Assembly (NCBI GenBank): GCA_000708835.1
Contig: DF237020.1
Location: forward strand, 1 to 64,000
DNA: 64,000 nucleotides
Reading direction: 5' to 3'
Origin: Klebsormidium nitens
Lineage: Eukaryota > Plantae > Klebsormidiophyceae
The notes under the pieces are model-generated. The model was given only the letters and a program-made list of their open reading frames with translations, was not told the DNA's origin and searched no databases. This document shows positions 22,401 to 34,538 of the stretch, in pieces. The first letter of the stretch is position 1. Each line of letters begins with the position of its first letter. The translations under genes were made by a program, and so were the position numbers.

Positions 22401-25400
22401 CCTCTTTTGATGTCCCGCTTCGAAAGTCGACTGCAGATCAGGCGCTCTCAAAGCCTTTCGGGTGCTGACGACAAGAGCCCACAAGACGGCAACAGCTTCT
22501 GGTTACAGTTATGATCTGTCTTGTCGGGATGAATATCCTTCGCATTCCCCGTCACCTAGCTGCACGGATGTGCACGGTCCGCGTTTGCCTGATGCGCTGG
22601 ATACCCTGCAGAGCACTCGCACCTTTGTATTGGTCACGGTCCGTTGGATTTTAGATTTGACGCCACGTGTCCTCCCCAGGTCGTCTCCTGGATGCGCGCG
22701 CCCTTCCCCGCCAAGATCTCCAGCCGCACCGCGGCCGCAATCGCGTTCGACGCGAGCGGCGCCGACGGGCTGACGCCGACGCCAAACCTCGGGGGTTTCG
22801 AGTGCAGCCTGGACTCGGGGAGCGTGCTCGCGTGCACGAGCCCCCGGTTCTTCAACATGCTGTCGGAAGGAGAGCACGTCTTCCGAGTGAGAGGCAAGGA
22901 TACAAAGGGGGCGGCCGGGCCGTGGAATGGGTACAGCTGGATCGTAGGTGAGGGATTGAGAGAAGATGGACTCTGGGCTTTCTTCTGGGCTTTCTATGCT
23001 ACCATTGCATAGCTATGGATTCTGGACTTTCTTTCCATTCCATTGCTATAATCACTCCATAGCTATAATCAACCCATAGCTGGACCGCAGGTGAGGTTTG
23101 AGGGGATTAGAGTTCTGGGCTCTAAGTCGGTAACTTAGTACTCTGAGTCCATCCGGTAATTTAGTACCCCTGGATCTGATTACAGAATCCAGTACATTAA
23201 TAAGGATCCGAGGCTTTTGAGTCCAGAACCAAGAATCGTCTAGGGGCCTTCTTGAGTGTTTCAATGATTCACGGGTACAGTATATTGTTGGCTTGTCACC
23301 TGCGTTCAAACGTGTGCCAGGTATGCGGTATCATGTTTTCTTAACCAGCATCAGAACGTGACCTGGACAAATGCGGATATGAAAGGCCAAACTTTGAACG
23401 CGCATCGACAAGAGGGCTTTCTTCAGTTGCGACATAAGAGCCTTCTGCTAGCAGCTCTTAGCTGACATAAGAGGCCTTTTGCTAGCGGCTCTTACCGGAT
23501 TAGAATCGAGTCTCGTTAATTTCGCGGCAAAACACCCTCAGCTCACTGCCAATCTCTCCTCTTCGCAGACACGCAAGCGCCTTCAACGGCCATCACGAGT
23601 CCAAAGTCACTGGTCCTGAACACGATCAGTCCAGTCTTCACGCTTTCCGGTGACGACGGAGCCACCGGAACCGGAATCGACCACTTTGAGTGCAAGCTGG
23701 AAGCCCAAGGGCAGGTCGTTGGCGACCCTTCCGCCGCGGAATCCGTCAGCAACTCGACCGGAATGCTGGTCAACTGGAAGCTGCACGACTGGCAGGCGTG
23801 CGGCGTGTCAACGTCGTTCCAGCAGCTGCCGAACGGGCTCTACAGGTACGCGCACTCACTTGACGAAACAGGGTCTGTGCGCTGGAGAGCTGAAATGTCT
23901 TGCGTCCTGGGCCATCCGAAATATCGATTCCTGAAGTTTGGATGTCGGTGTCTGATCAGATCCTCTTTAGGTCTTTGAGAGACGGGAAAGCATTTCCAGA
24001 ACTACTTCTTTCCGAGCCTTTCATTTCGGACATGTGGAGTCGAATTTCACGCTTGTCCCCCGGTGCGATCATAAACAGGCCCGCCCACCCCAACATCCTG
24101 TGAATCTTTACAATTATTCTTTTGGCGGCCTTACGAGGCCATTGATATATCAGCCTCCAAAACCCCTAACCCATGCCCCGTGCCAGGTTCTCCGCGCGCG
24201 CGGTGGACGAGGCGGGCAACGCGGACCCGAGCCCCGACTTCCGCGACTTCTTGGTGAACAAGTGGGTCGTCGAGCTGGAGGCCTTCTCCGCGAGCAGCAG
24301 CCCGCTCGTGCTGCCGCCCTCGTCGGACGTCGTCCAGTGCGACCAGGGAGCGCGTACGTCCGCACACGCCCTGCGCTTCTAAGCTTTTAGCTTTTCTTGA
24401 CCACCTATTTGGGGTTCTAGGGTTTAGCGTTCCCTGTTTGCTTCCATGAGAATATGGGGGAGGGTATCGCAGATCTGTTCAGGATTTCGTGCCGAAATTT
24501 CATCCGTGGACGTCACCAGAAGGATGCACTCACTATGGGACGTTGATGCTCCTTTTTCGACTGTTTAATTTCATCGCTGTAAGGGCCAAACGCTTCGAGC
24601 CGCACCAGGAGAACGAAGAAATTGCTCCTTTCCACTGTATCCTGAAAGTGGGCTGTTTAACAGACGTGCTCCGAGCTCCATAGTGTAGGGATGTCTAAAT
24701 CAAGTAATGACCTTCTTTCCAGTACTATTGCTCGACCGGATTTCTCAACCTCTTGTCATTTATCCACAGCGAGCTGCCAATTCACGGTCGGACTGGACGG
24801 TGCTGCCGTCAGCGCCTTCGGCGGCCGCGTCATCGCGCTGTTCCCGGGATCGCCCTCTGCGACGTTCCCCAGGTGAGCCGCCACCTGTCCAAAATCCGGA
24901 CGATGGATACCGCTTGCAGCTGTTCCGTACGGCGGCTCGAGCGTCATGCTGACGTCAGTACGTGCATTTTTGAAGCACCGGTGTCCACAGCCAGAGTTAT
25001 GGGCTGCCAAGAATCGAAAGAACAGACGTTGGTATAAGCGAAAAAGACGAGGGTTTGCGACTTGTTCTGAGGGTTGCTTGTCGCTCTCCGCTCGTTCAAT
25101 TGCTTCAACTTTGCCACATGTCTATGATGCTGTTGCCGCGCACTACATCCGCTTTCAGCCATTTCGACCCGGACATGGGTCGCTTCTCCGTTGAATCGAC
25201 AATAGCCCGGGCTTTTGAACCCCGAGCTTTTTGGCCCGCTTCACAAACCGCTCACCGTACGCAGTTTATGCCTGGATCGCAGAGCATTCAAATCCGACAC
25301 CCGCAACATCATGAAGCTCAAAATCGTAGAGCCGCAAAAGATTCAGATTTGAATTCGCTATTTCCCGCATTTCGCCCCGCAGCTTCTCCCTGAGCAGCGG

Positions 25401-27975
25401 CAGCGGCGCCCTTCTCGCGAACACCATCAGCGCGTCGCTCGGGCCGGGGCAGCCCCCGCAGCAGTTCAGCCTGCTCTCCCGGGTGGTCGCCATCCAGTCT
25501 ACCGACCAGTCGACCGCAGTCCTGTCCGCGCCGGGGCTGCTCATGCTGCAGTACTCGGGGGACGCGGCCGCGCAGGCCAGGAGGCGCGCGCGCGCGCTGC
25601 TGGGTACGTTGGTCGCGGATCCCTTTTTGCGACCCTGAGACGACGAACTTGGTGATAGGATCCTCGCGACCTGTGAATGGTTTCAGTAGTATCGTGTAAG
25701 GCCTCTAAACTCTTGAACTCATGAATCCTGGACAGATATAGTGGATCGAACTTGCTGATCACGGCTGACGGTTGTCTCGTGGCGCCACAAAGAAGCAATC
25801 GCTACGATCAGTGCCTTCGAAAAAACTTGGCCTCCCGCAGGCCTCAGCGTTCAGTCGGAACCTCCTGAGAGCTTCAATGTCACTTAGATCACCGAAGACC
25901 TGAACGCCAAACAGCTTCTCTCCATCTCTTCGCCACAATCCGGAACTTTCTGAGCATCTTACAAAGCTTCAAACGTTGTGAAAGATCACCAACTTTTCCG
26001 CTCTCTCTCCACAGCAACCGGAAACGCAACGGACGGCCCCCCGGGGGTGCTTCTCTTCAACCCTGACCTGTCTGTGGGCAGTACTGCCAGCTGGCAGCAG
26101 GTGGCGAGCAGCGTGATCGTCACGTTCGAGGACGGCTACTGCACCGCCCAGGTGAAGGACCTGGGGAACTACGCCGTGGCGACGCTCTACGTCGGTGAGT
26201 GCATAATTCTCAAGAAAGATAACAATAAGCCCCGATAGCAATAAGCTCCGATAAGTCTGAAACCCTAACCTAGAAAGATGCCTGCTCCGCCCCCATACCC
26301 ACCCTAACCACCAAAGTAACTCTACCCGTCCCAGTGCGGTTACCCTATCATTATCTCGGCTTATCATTGTCTTTCTTGAGTCTCATGTCGAGTACCCGGG
26401 AGACGCCAACCGGCCGGTCTGCAAACATGCGGTTCTGCGAGACTTTGTGTGGCGTCCACATGATTGGAGGGAAACCGGCCTACTCACCATCTCAGGTTGT
26501 TCAGATTCCCGCAAAAGTGTGTGATGGGCGGAAGAGAGTGCGGAGCGTCGAAGTTTTGAAACAGGCTTTAGTTTGCCAGGAGAAAGCCTTCTGCCCGGTT
26601 AGAGAGCCGCCTCTGTGAATGCGAATCTCTACACGTTCCCCAAAATGGGCGCACTCTCTCAAAGCAATTCTTCTTTTCGTTAATCCGCCGGCATCCCGAA
26701 GGTCAGTTTCTGCCAACTTTATCAAACTGACGGAGTCCATCCCACCCCCCTCCTGCAGCGCCTCCCGTTTCAGGTTTCATACCTTCGGACCCCACCCCCA
26801 GCCCGACGCCGACTCCCCCCCTCATCGTGCCCATCTACCAGCCCCCCCCCAGCGCAAACGAGTCCACGCCGGCCACTGTCATGTCGGCTTCCGTCGGAGG
26901 GGGTTCAATAATCCTGTACGTCATCATCTCTGTTGTGGCGATTGCACTAGCGACAGGTGAGGCCCCGCTTCCGTCCGCAAATGCGTGCGCTTTATCAAAT
27001 GTTTATGTGCTTTTACCCCTTTGCATACATACGACGGAGCTTGTCGCGTCTATCGTGAACCCTCCCGCTGAAACTCTTCCCATTTCGCAGCGAGCCCTTG
27101 AACGGTTACAATAGTCCGAGATGATAGCTAGTTTCAATCCTGACACCAGGCCTTTTCAAACTTCGCGCAGGCGGGTTGCGTGCTGATAAGAAGCGGCGGC
27201 ACCTTCTTGAAAAACTTCCAACATTATCTTTGAAAAGCTACACCATATCGGAAAGAGAACCACCTCCAAATTCTTGACACCAAAATTTTTTACACCCCGT
27301 GCAGGTGTCGCGGGTTGCGTGCTGGTGTGCAAGCGGCGGCAGCCCAGCAAGGCCGTGTCCATGTTCGCCCCCAAGGCGCCCGCGTTTGCGGACACGCCCA
27401 ACGACAGTCCGCGGTCCGCGCAGCCGATGCGCCGCCGCAAGAGCCGCAAGTCAGGGACGCACTTCGAGTTGCCGCAGGACTCGCCGGGGGGTAAGAAACA
27501 GCGCGCTGCATCTTTGCTCTGTTATTGATTCCGAGGAGACTCCCTCGTTCTCCATGTTTTGCAACGTCATTCTTGTTGTGTTCCTGCTGGTAATCCACTT
27601 TCGTCGTTGCTTCCAATAAATGGCCGCAAGAGGCTTTCCAGATTAGTTGTTTTGGCTGGGGAAGAGAGGGCGAAGGACCCCAAAGTACGTCTCTTTGATT
27701 TGGGCGGACTCATCAACCGCCAATGTTAAGTCCTGAACGCAGCGACCACTGGTTTTCCAGGTTCTCTTCCGGGTACACCCCGAGGGCGACGCTTCTCGTC
27801 CGGCCCAGAGCTGGCACGGTCGCCGCTTTCCGTCGGTTCGATAAGAAAGTCGTTCACAGACAAGGTCCGCAAGATCAGCATGTCCGTCATGGGTCGCTCG
27901 GATGAGGTCATGCATACGCAATACGAGGACCTAGAAACAGTCGACCTAGAAGGCACCACGCCGACAGGGCAATGA
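10405..27975 (+). CDS. Type I membrane S8 subtilase (KP-43/TagA-like) with PA domain, C-terminal beta domain, 7 Ig-like repeats, TM helix and cytoplasmic tail; 29 exons, ~2070 aa
   Basis: Exons: 10405-10955, 11416-11528, 11916-12091, 12503-12591, 12895-13041, 13409-13547, 14011-14138, 14430-14538, 14979-15075, 15538-15803, 16178-16378, 16710-16806, 17250-17410, 17808-17933, 18368-18525, 18892-19021, 19322-19451, 19827-20032, 20600-21748, 22114-22353, 22680-22947, 23569-23845, 24187-24353, 24770-24872, 25383-25603, 26015-26194, 26774-26956, 27305-27490, 27761-27975 (6213 nt, one open frame). Signal peptide KLILISLCIVLWAPQSAA. Catalytic triad intact: Asp in IVGMGDSG (13019), His in GHGTHVCG (13512), Ser in SGTSMATP (17327); oxyanion Asn in IAAGNSG (15006). 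KP-43-type motifs ARIHSDSWG, AKNALTVGA, SFSSVGPTQDGRIKP, PSGALVKATLING, QGFGR, LVNDLDL, NNVEQV. The choice of exons 2-4 (prodomain) is less certain. Confidence 0.92.
15361..15442 (+). repeat. Intronic duplicate of the subtilase exon-10 acceptor plus the first 68 exon nt
   Basis: 15361-15442 (cgtggctcctccag|tgggcgccacg...atcatgacc) matches ~15525-15605, with 4 differences in the exon-like part. Confidence 0.95.
17674..17715. repeat. Short tandem repeat (GTATGATTCAA) x3.8 in subtilase intron 13
   Basis: Read directly from the sequence. Confidence 0.95.
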
Positions 27976-28177
27976 CGGGTTGCGCATCTGAATTGCTCGC
28001 GTTAGGTAATTAAGTATAGCAGGGAACCGCCATTTGAATGTTTTGCTTACGATTAGAAGCTCTAGCATGCGGTTAGTACTGTCCCACTCACATCCATTCG
28101 TTAAAGCTTACTCCAGAAGCGTGGCTACTTCCGAGTTCAGGACTAAATTTCTATCAGGGGGTAATCAGGTCCACCTC

Positions 28178-31100
28178 CTAGAAGTCTAGAGCTTTCTGAC
28201 TGTATGCTTCATCCATAGACTTCTCGTCGGAGTCAACGTTCCGGATAGGGCCATTGTAGTGCTTACGGGCACTTACAAACCACCATACCAGAATGACAAG
28301 TCCAAAACCTCCTCCTGTAACCGGCGTGTAGTTGAAAGTCGCGCTGCGGTCAACATGGAGGTGATTGCGTGAATATCTTTGCAATGTTAGATGACCGTCC
28401 AAGGCAGATTTGCACCTGATATTTCTGCCCTAGAAGGTTCCAAATCAACCGACGCCAGCAAAGTAGTCGCATCCTGAGGGTTCCATTTGCGCGAGTCCCA
28501 CTTATGTGAGCATTTTGAATTAGGTCATGTGCATTCACAAAAACTATGTGGTTTCGGCCTGCATAGACTGCACTTATAGCAAGTAACATGCCGTGTTGCC
28601 CTCGGGGTTACATTGAATCGCAACTACGACGTTTTGCTTGCCTCACCTGTTGATCGGGTAACTGAAGGGCAGGCAAAGAGCGACCAGCATGAATAACATA
28701 TACACCACCGCGATCCAACCAACGATGTAAGTATACCTGCAAAAGACGCGAGCATGTGTTCCGATCTGCTTAGTCACTAGGAGCTCATCTTCATTTAGCT
28801 ACAGCATCATTTGCCATGCGTTGCAAACGGAAGCAATGGTTGGCCAAATTTCTGTCCAATATCTTTCATGCTATAAAAAAGAAAAAGCCGCGCGCACTAC
28901 GCGATTACCAGCATACGACTCGACTCTTTCATGTAGAAGACTTACCGCCCCATGTTGAATGGCCCTGGCTTGAAGTTTTGCGGGCACACTAAGCGGAGGC
29001 AGATCGGGACGATGTAGGCCACGTGGAAGGAGATTGACCCACACGTGGTCACAGCATTGAAAGCAATGACACTCTTCAGCGAGAAGAGCGCAAAGCAGAA
29101 GGAGAGCAGGGAGGAGATCCACACGGCCGCGACAGGAGTGTGCGAGCCCTTCGGAGACCAGTGCACGAAGCCGCTGAAAGGAACGGCCTTGTCACGGGAC
29201 ATGGCGAATAGCTGCAAAAGCAGAGGCTCTCTGTCGGTTGCAGGTTGCGACAGTTGTGCTACATGAACAAGTCGTTATTTTATGCGTGTTCTGATCGATC
29301 CGCGTTCCTATGACGCAGTATCATGTGCATCAAGCGATGCAACAGTCTGATCGCAAAATATTCGGCTGATGAGCTTGCGTGGCAAACGTGATCTGCCTTC
29401 CACAGAGTCCACAGGGTTTTCACATTGTCAATTCTAGGCTGAGGCGATTGAGAGAAGGCGTGTCTACTAGGTTGCGTCATTTGCGACGCTGAGTCCTTCT
29501 TGAACGACGACAATCAACTCGAAGTGACCCATTTCGGTTTGACAACACTTGCAGAAAGAGAAGACTTACCACCCGAGAGCAGGCTGCTATCTGAGGTACT
29601 CCACTACAGCAAGCGGTGACGAGGGGAATCGTCAGCAAGGCAATTGCACCATTGTAGCTCCGGCCTTTGCTTAAGAACGCGTCATAAAAGATCTGCCCGA
29701 CCACGCTTCGACCAGCCGTTGCGTTCTGAGGATCTAATATGGTGGCAGGATCCTGCGGCAATAGAACATGACAGTCAAGAAAACAAGTCTTGCTTCAAGA
29801 TCAACAGCGTCCTGCTCTTTGAATCAATCCTAGTGCTCAGACTATCTTATAATGCGCGATTCATGAGGACGACTTACGAGGACTTTTGTCAAACTCAGCG
29901 GGACTGTTGGATGCAGTGTCAAACGCAGCCTCAAATGCTACTACCCAGCGGCTGCTGGTGTGCCAGATGACGCGACACCTTAGGAAAAGTAAGCTTTAGG
30001 AATAGTAAGCTCAAATCAAACACTGAAATCCTATCCTATAGAAATCACCCGCTCCGCACCCGTACCCACCTTAACCCCCAGACTAACCCTAGCCGTCCCA
30101 GGCTGGTGAGCTTACTATTCCTAAAGCTTACTATTCCTAAAGTATCATGAAATGTGTGCCAGCTGTACCGACCTGGATACAGAACGTGAGGACAATGATG
30201 AAGATCCAGCCAAAGAAGCCCGCCGCTCCGACTGCGCTGATGATGGAGACGGGGGTGGTGACGTCCGAACCGACCGTCTCTTCGGACATGTGCACCGCAG
30301 CCTGCATCACACGACGGGCTTCTGTAGCGCTTGAAAATGGGGCAAACTTCCCCCAAGGAACTTCTGGCGGGTCGATCCAAAGGCCGTGTTAGTTACGCAT
30401 GTAGGAAGAAGATGTGCATGGCCGGGCATTCGTTGCAATTTCGGCGACAGAGAACGCAGTTTGTCGCTGACACGGTTCTTGAGATTTGACATGAGAATCG
30501 ACATCTGAACGAAGCTACATTTCTGTTGTCAAAGCAGAAGTGAGCAGAAAGCAACCACAAATTCCTACTTCAAGTTTGTCGTATACTCGTAGTCATCCTA
30601 TTATGTAACTTGAAGTTGGCTCTTAAGTTCGAAAGCTTACGTCGTAGGCCCCAATTGACCATTGGGCCAGCAGCGAGCCAATCAACAAGACACGAAAGAC
30701 ATTGTCGATGCCTGTGCCCGCTGCAGGTTCGTAGTGAGTGAAGACGTACTTGGCCGATTGCTTGTGTGCTGTGCGGGCAAAAAGACAGATTGTCAAAGTC
30801 AAGGTCCAACATGTCGCTACAGTGAAAGGTTAAAGTCCCTCTGTTCCTCACGGTGCCAACAGACGGGTTGAGCTCGACTTTCGGAGCGGCCGTAGAGTTC
30901 CAACAGTAAAATACGATTGCATGCCATTACACCAAGCGGCCAGAAAACGGCGAGAACCTTTCAGATTGTCAATGGGCATGGCAGACAAGCCAAGGCGGGC
31001 GTTTTTACTGACAGTTCTAGACCTACTTAACATGAAGATGCACTAAGCTCTCCAGCCAAACTCGCCGCTAGCACTTATCTAGCAGTTAAGCGCTAACCTT

Positions 31101-33844
31101 CGGGTTATGTCAGTCAGGATATTCTGTGAATGCCTGGGACCCGCGGCACGGAAAGGAGTGACCCCAGGCATCCGTAACGAGCAAGCACCGCAGCGAAATC
31201 ATTCAATCAAGCCCGTGAATCTGGCAGAAAGTATGGCTCTAGCTCACCAGAAACGGAAAAGCAAGGTGGCCACGATGACGACTAAACCGGCCAGCTCAAC
31301 ACAGAGGACCGTCTTTTCAAACACCGCCAGGATTCTGACGTTGAAGGTGTTGATGGTGGCCTGCACATGCATGATATATAAGCTGTGAGCGCAGCAATAA
31401 ACCGCCGTTCGAAACGTGCGTCGATCACTGCGTCATTGCACCTGTACTATGACAAACTAAGGCGGGCCAACAAACCTTCTTGACAACGAGAGGCAGATGC
31501 TGAAGTGAGGGAATCTACAACGCAACCAGCTTGGCCTTTGCTGCCAACCTCATCACCTCAGCCTCTCAGAAAGAGCGAGAGACATCTTGTTAAATCAGAC
31601 GAGCAGTTGGGAGCGTCTATGCGAAACCCACCTGGATGATGCAGAGGCCTGACATGATTGCCAAGATGAGCCCCTTGCTGGCAACATATCCACTTTCAGG
31701 ACCAGGTCCTGTAGCGATGACCACTTGCGTTGCAATAATGTTGGCTGCTATGTTGTTGATGACGGCCAAACCGCACACGAAACCCAGGAAATTGTACCAG
31801 CCCTGTTTGTAAGCAAAAGCGGCTCGTGTCAGAGTCGAATCCATTTCAATTCAAGGTTGTCAGTGCAGAGACACCGTACCCTCTTTGAGTCAGCTTTTGC
31901 AGAAAAAAATCTGGATTTCTTTGAATCCTAAGATACCACATCCTCTTAGCACGAATCTTATTGACTAGACGATCTTTTTTCCACGTCTCTCACCACGGGT
32001 TACATAAAAGAGACACGATCTTCTTTTCGCCAAGGGCTAAAATAAGAGACGTCCTCAAAATCAGTCAGTGTTTTTTGTTTGTGTCCAAAAGCATACAGAA
32101 CGACTTGGGCAGGCTGCAGATTGCGCAGATACCAATTCCAGTCAGAGGTTTTGCAAGCACGAGAAGGAGGGAAATGATTCCACAGCTCACCGTTATCCAG
32201 GACCAAAAGGGGCCCCACGTAGGCCCAGCCAAAACGTAAAACCAGGGGTAGAGGCCTCCGGCAGTCTGCAGCACTAGTTTGTTCTTTCAACTTGCGAGGT
32301 AGAAAGGAGTGTGTGACCACACCTCCATAATCAGGTGCTGGGGGAGCATATTTGAAACTTTTTGGACAGGAAGTACGCAGAGCCTAGGTTGCCCTTCAGT
32401 CTTGAGTATTGAGTGATCAAAAAGACCAAAAGGTGCTGCTCGGCAGCGCTGAGCCTTCTTACCTGCGTATGAAAGTTGGATACCAAACTGGAAAACAATG
32501 AGTGCCTTCTCAAGTATCACTTTTCTGGTTCTATTCTGACGTCACAGACAATCACATGCATAAAAGCCAAATATGAAAAGGACCTGTTGGCGGGGATTTC
32601 CAAGTTAAGCAAAAGATGGCCAACATGTCAAGAAAGGCATTCCTATAGCAAGAGAAACTCTGTGTTCCTGACTCCAAATCCTTGCAAGAAGGTACTTGGT
32701 TCTTAGAGTTGAGGAGTTCAAACTGACCGGTAGGCTGCTGCTGAGCTCTGCCATTGAAGATGCAATGAAGAGGCAGAAGATGCTGGTGAGGAACCAACCC
32801 CACACAACTGACACTGGGCCTCCATTCTGAAAGCCCCAGCCGTACAGACCAGTGACACCCATCAGTACTCCAATAATGGTGTAGCCAATTGCAAAGTTAG
32901 CAATTGCGCCCTGCAAGTAACACCAGAGTAACAACCTTAGCAGATGGATAAGAGGCCGGAGCCTCCAGTGGAGTGAATGTAGCAGAGTACTTGATGAGAC
33001 AATATCACTTGGCTGGACTGTATTGGACATAGGTTGGTGGAACCGCGTGGCTTGGAGCGATCATGCAAGTGGTTGGGCCATCCCATTCATAGCAGTCAGG
33101 GAGTCAGTTTAACTTAAGCTGTGAGACTCAATAAAGAGAGGGGCCTTTGGTCTGACGACAAGCTTTGCCAACTCTGAGCTAACTGGCTGTCCTGTTGTGC
33201 CAAGTGATGAGAAGCTATTTATCTGATCAAAAGCAATTTACTTCTAGAAAGATAAATGTGAAGTCAGTACATTTGCTACTGTTTGTCCTGCATAAGATTG
33301 CCAAGTGATGACCCATGACTAGCCTGCAAAAGCAGGGCTTTAAGGGCAGCAAAGACAAGCTCACCAGTGCCCGAAACAACTCCTGCTTATACCTGCAAGC
33401 GAGGGCTAACTATCAGCCAGTGAGTTCTTCCAATGTCAATGCAAGGAGTGCTCAAGCCACGTGGGAGAACATGTTGAAGGCTGGGGCAGACTGAATTGGT
33501 GCGAGGAAAGGGAGTCATTGATCTGGCAGAATTAAGACTAGCTTCTGAGTGTGGCCAAAAAAGATTGAGACCTGAGCAGACAGATTTGAAACTGCACTCT
33601 TACATCATGACGGGTAATGCAGCCTTTCGAAATATATCAAGAATGTTGTGCTTGAAAGCAGGATCAGGTATTAGGGCAATCTCAATCAGCAATTAGGAAT
33701 CCCGCTCAGTATTGCAACTTGCAAAGCTTACCCCAGCTCCCTCAATCGCTTCTCCCCCGAATCAATGGCCATCGCCTTTGTAGCCTTAAAGTGAGCCGGT
33801 GTGGAAGACACCTCTCCTTTCTTGACAAGAGCTGCACCCTCCAT
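28178..33844 (-). CDS. BAT1: BAT1-like APC-family amino-acid/GABA permease, 12 exons, ~545-547 aa; one unresolved phase conflict at exons 6/7
   Basis: Exons: 33844-33732, 33392-33365, 32910-32728, 32265-32191, 31802-31632, 31360-31248 (or 31255), 30768-30641, 30301-30173, 29752-29570, 29211-28946, 28736-28647, 28343-28178. Motifs DSGEKRLRELGYKQEL, NFAI, GGPVSVVWGW, MAELSSSLPTAGGLY, WSWITGWYN, YDAAVHMSEET, SRVLFAMSRD, AVWISS, PGPFNMG, FNYTPV, SARKHYNGP. The family is clear; orthology to BAT1 is inferred. Confidence 0.9.
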
Positions 33845-34511
33845 AGTACCTCACTCTCTTTACGTCTTTGGATCGTTTGGCCAAGAGAGGAAGAAGTCGA
33901 AATCGGTTTTACATCGGAAAGCAGTAACCAAGCTAGCAGCAGGCTGCCACTGTAACTCTCCGACCTTTCCGGATTTAATATGAGCCGGTTCATCTTGCAG
34001 TGGCGGCTTGCCGTCGGAGCTGCCTGGCCGTGGCTGGGCGTCTTCTTGCGACAGCCTGCCAGCCGGCAGGTGCGCCATCATGCAACAGAACTTACAGAAG
34101 AGTTCTTTGGTTGGGGTTGTACGTACCTCCTAATACTATCGGTACATACAGTTTTTTGGAGTACCTAAACCTTTGTCTCCTCCTTCAATTTGAGTCTAGC
34201 TTTAGCTGCTTTCTAGTCCACCTTCATACCAGTATACGGTCGGGTGCGACCTCACTGACGTCACAGGCTACTGCCCCCCTGCCGGGGGCCCGGGCCTTGC
34301 CATCACCGGCCGGGAATGACCGTTATGCAGGCCCCGGGCCGATTTGAGTCGGGTTCTTTTCCGTTCTGGGAAGAGCCTCACAACCGGAGCAGGTCCCCGG
34401 TTCCCAAAAACAGGGTGCGAGGTGCGCGGGCGACGGCACTGCGGCTGCCGGGGCAGACTTACACGCCCGGCTATGGTGAAGTTAGAATCCAGCTGTCCGG
34501 CCGGGTCGCGA

Positions 34512-34538
34512 CCCCCCCTCCCCGGGCCCCGGCCCCCC
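34512..34538 (-). other. Strong G-quadruplex-forming motif (G6-N2-G4-N3-G4-N1-G7 on the minus strand)
   Basis: Plus strand reads ccccccc-t-cccc-ggg-cccc-gg-cccccc, upstream of the permease start. Folding is inferred from the motif only. Confidence 0.55.
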
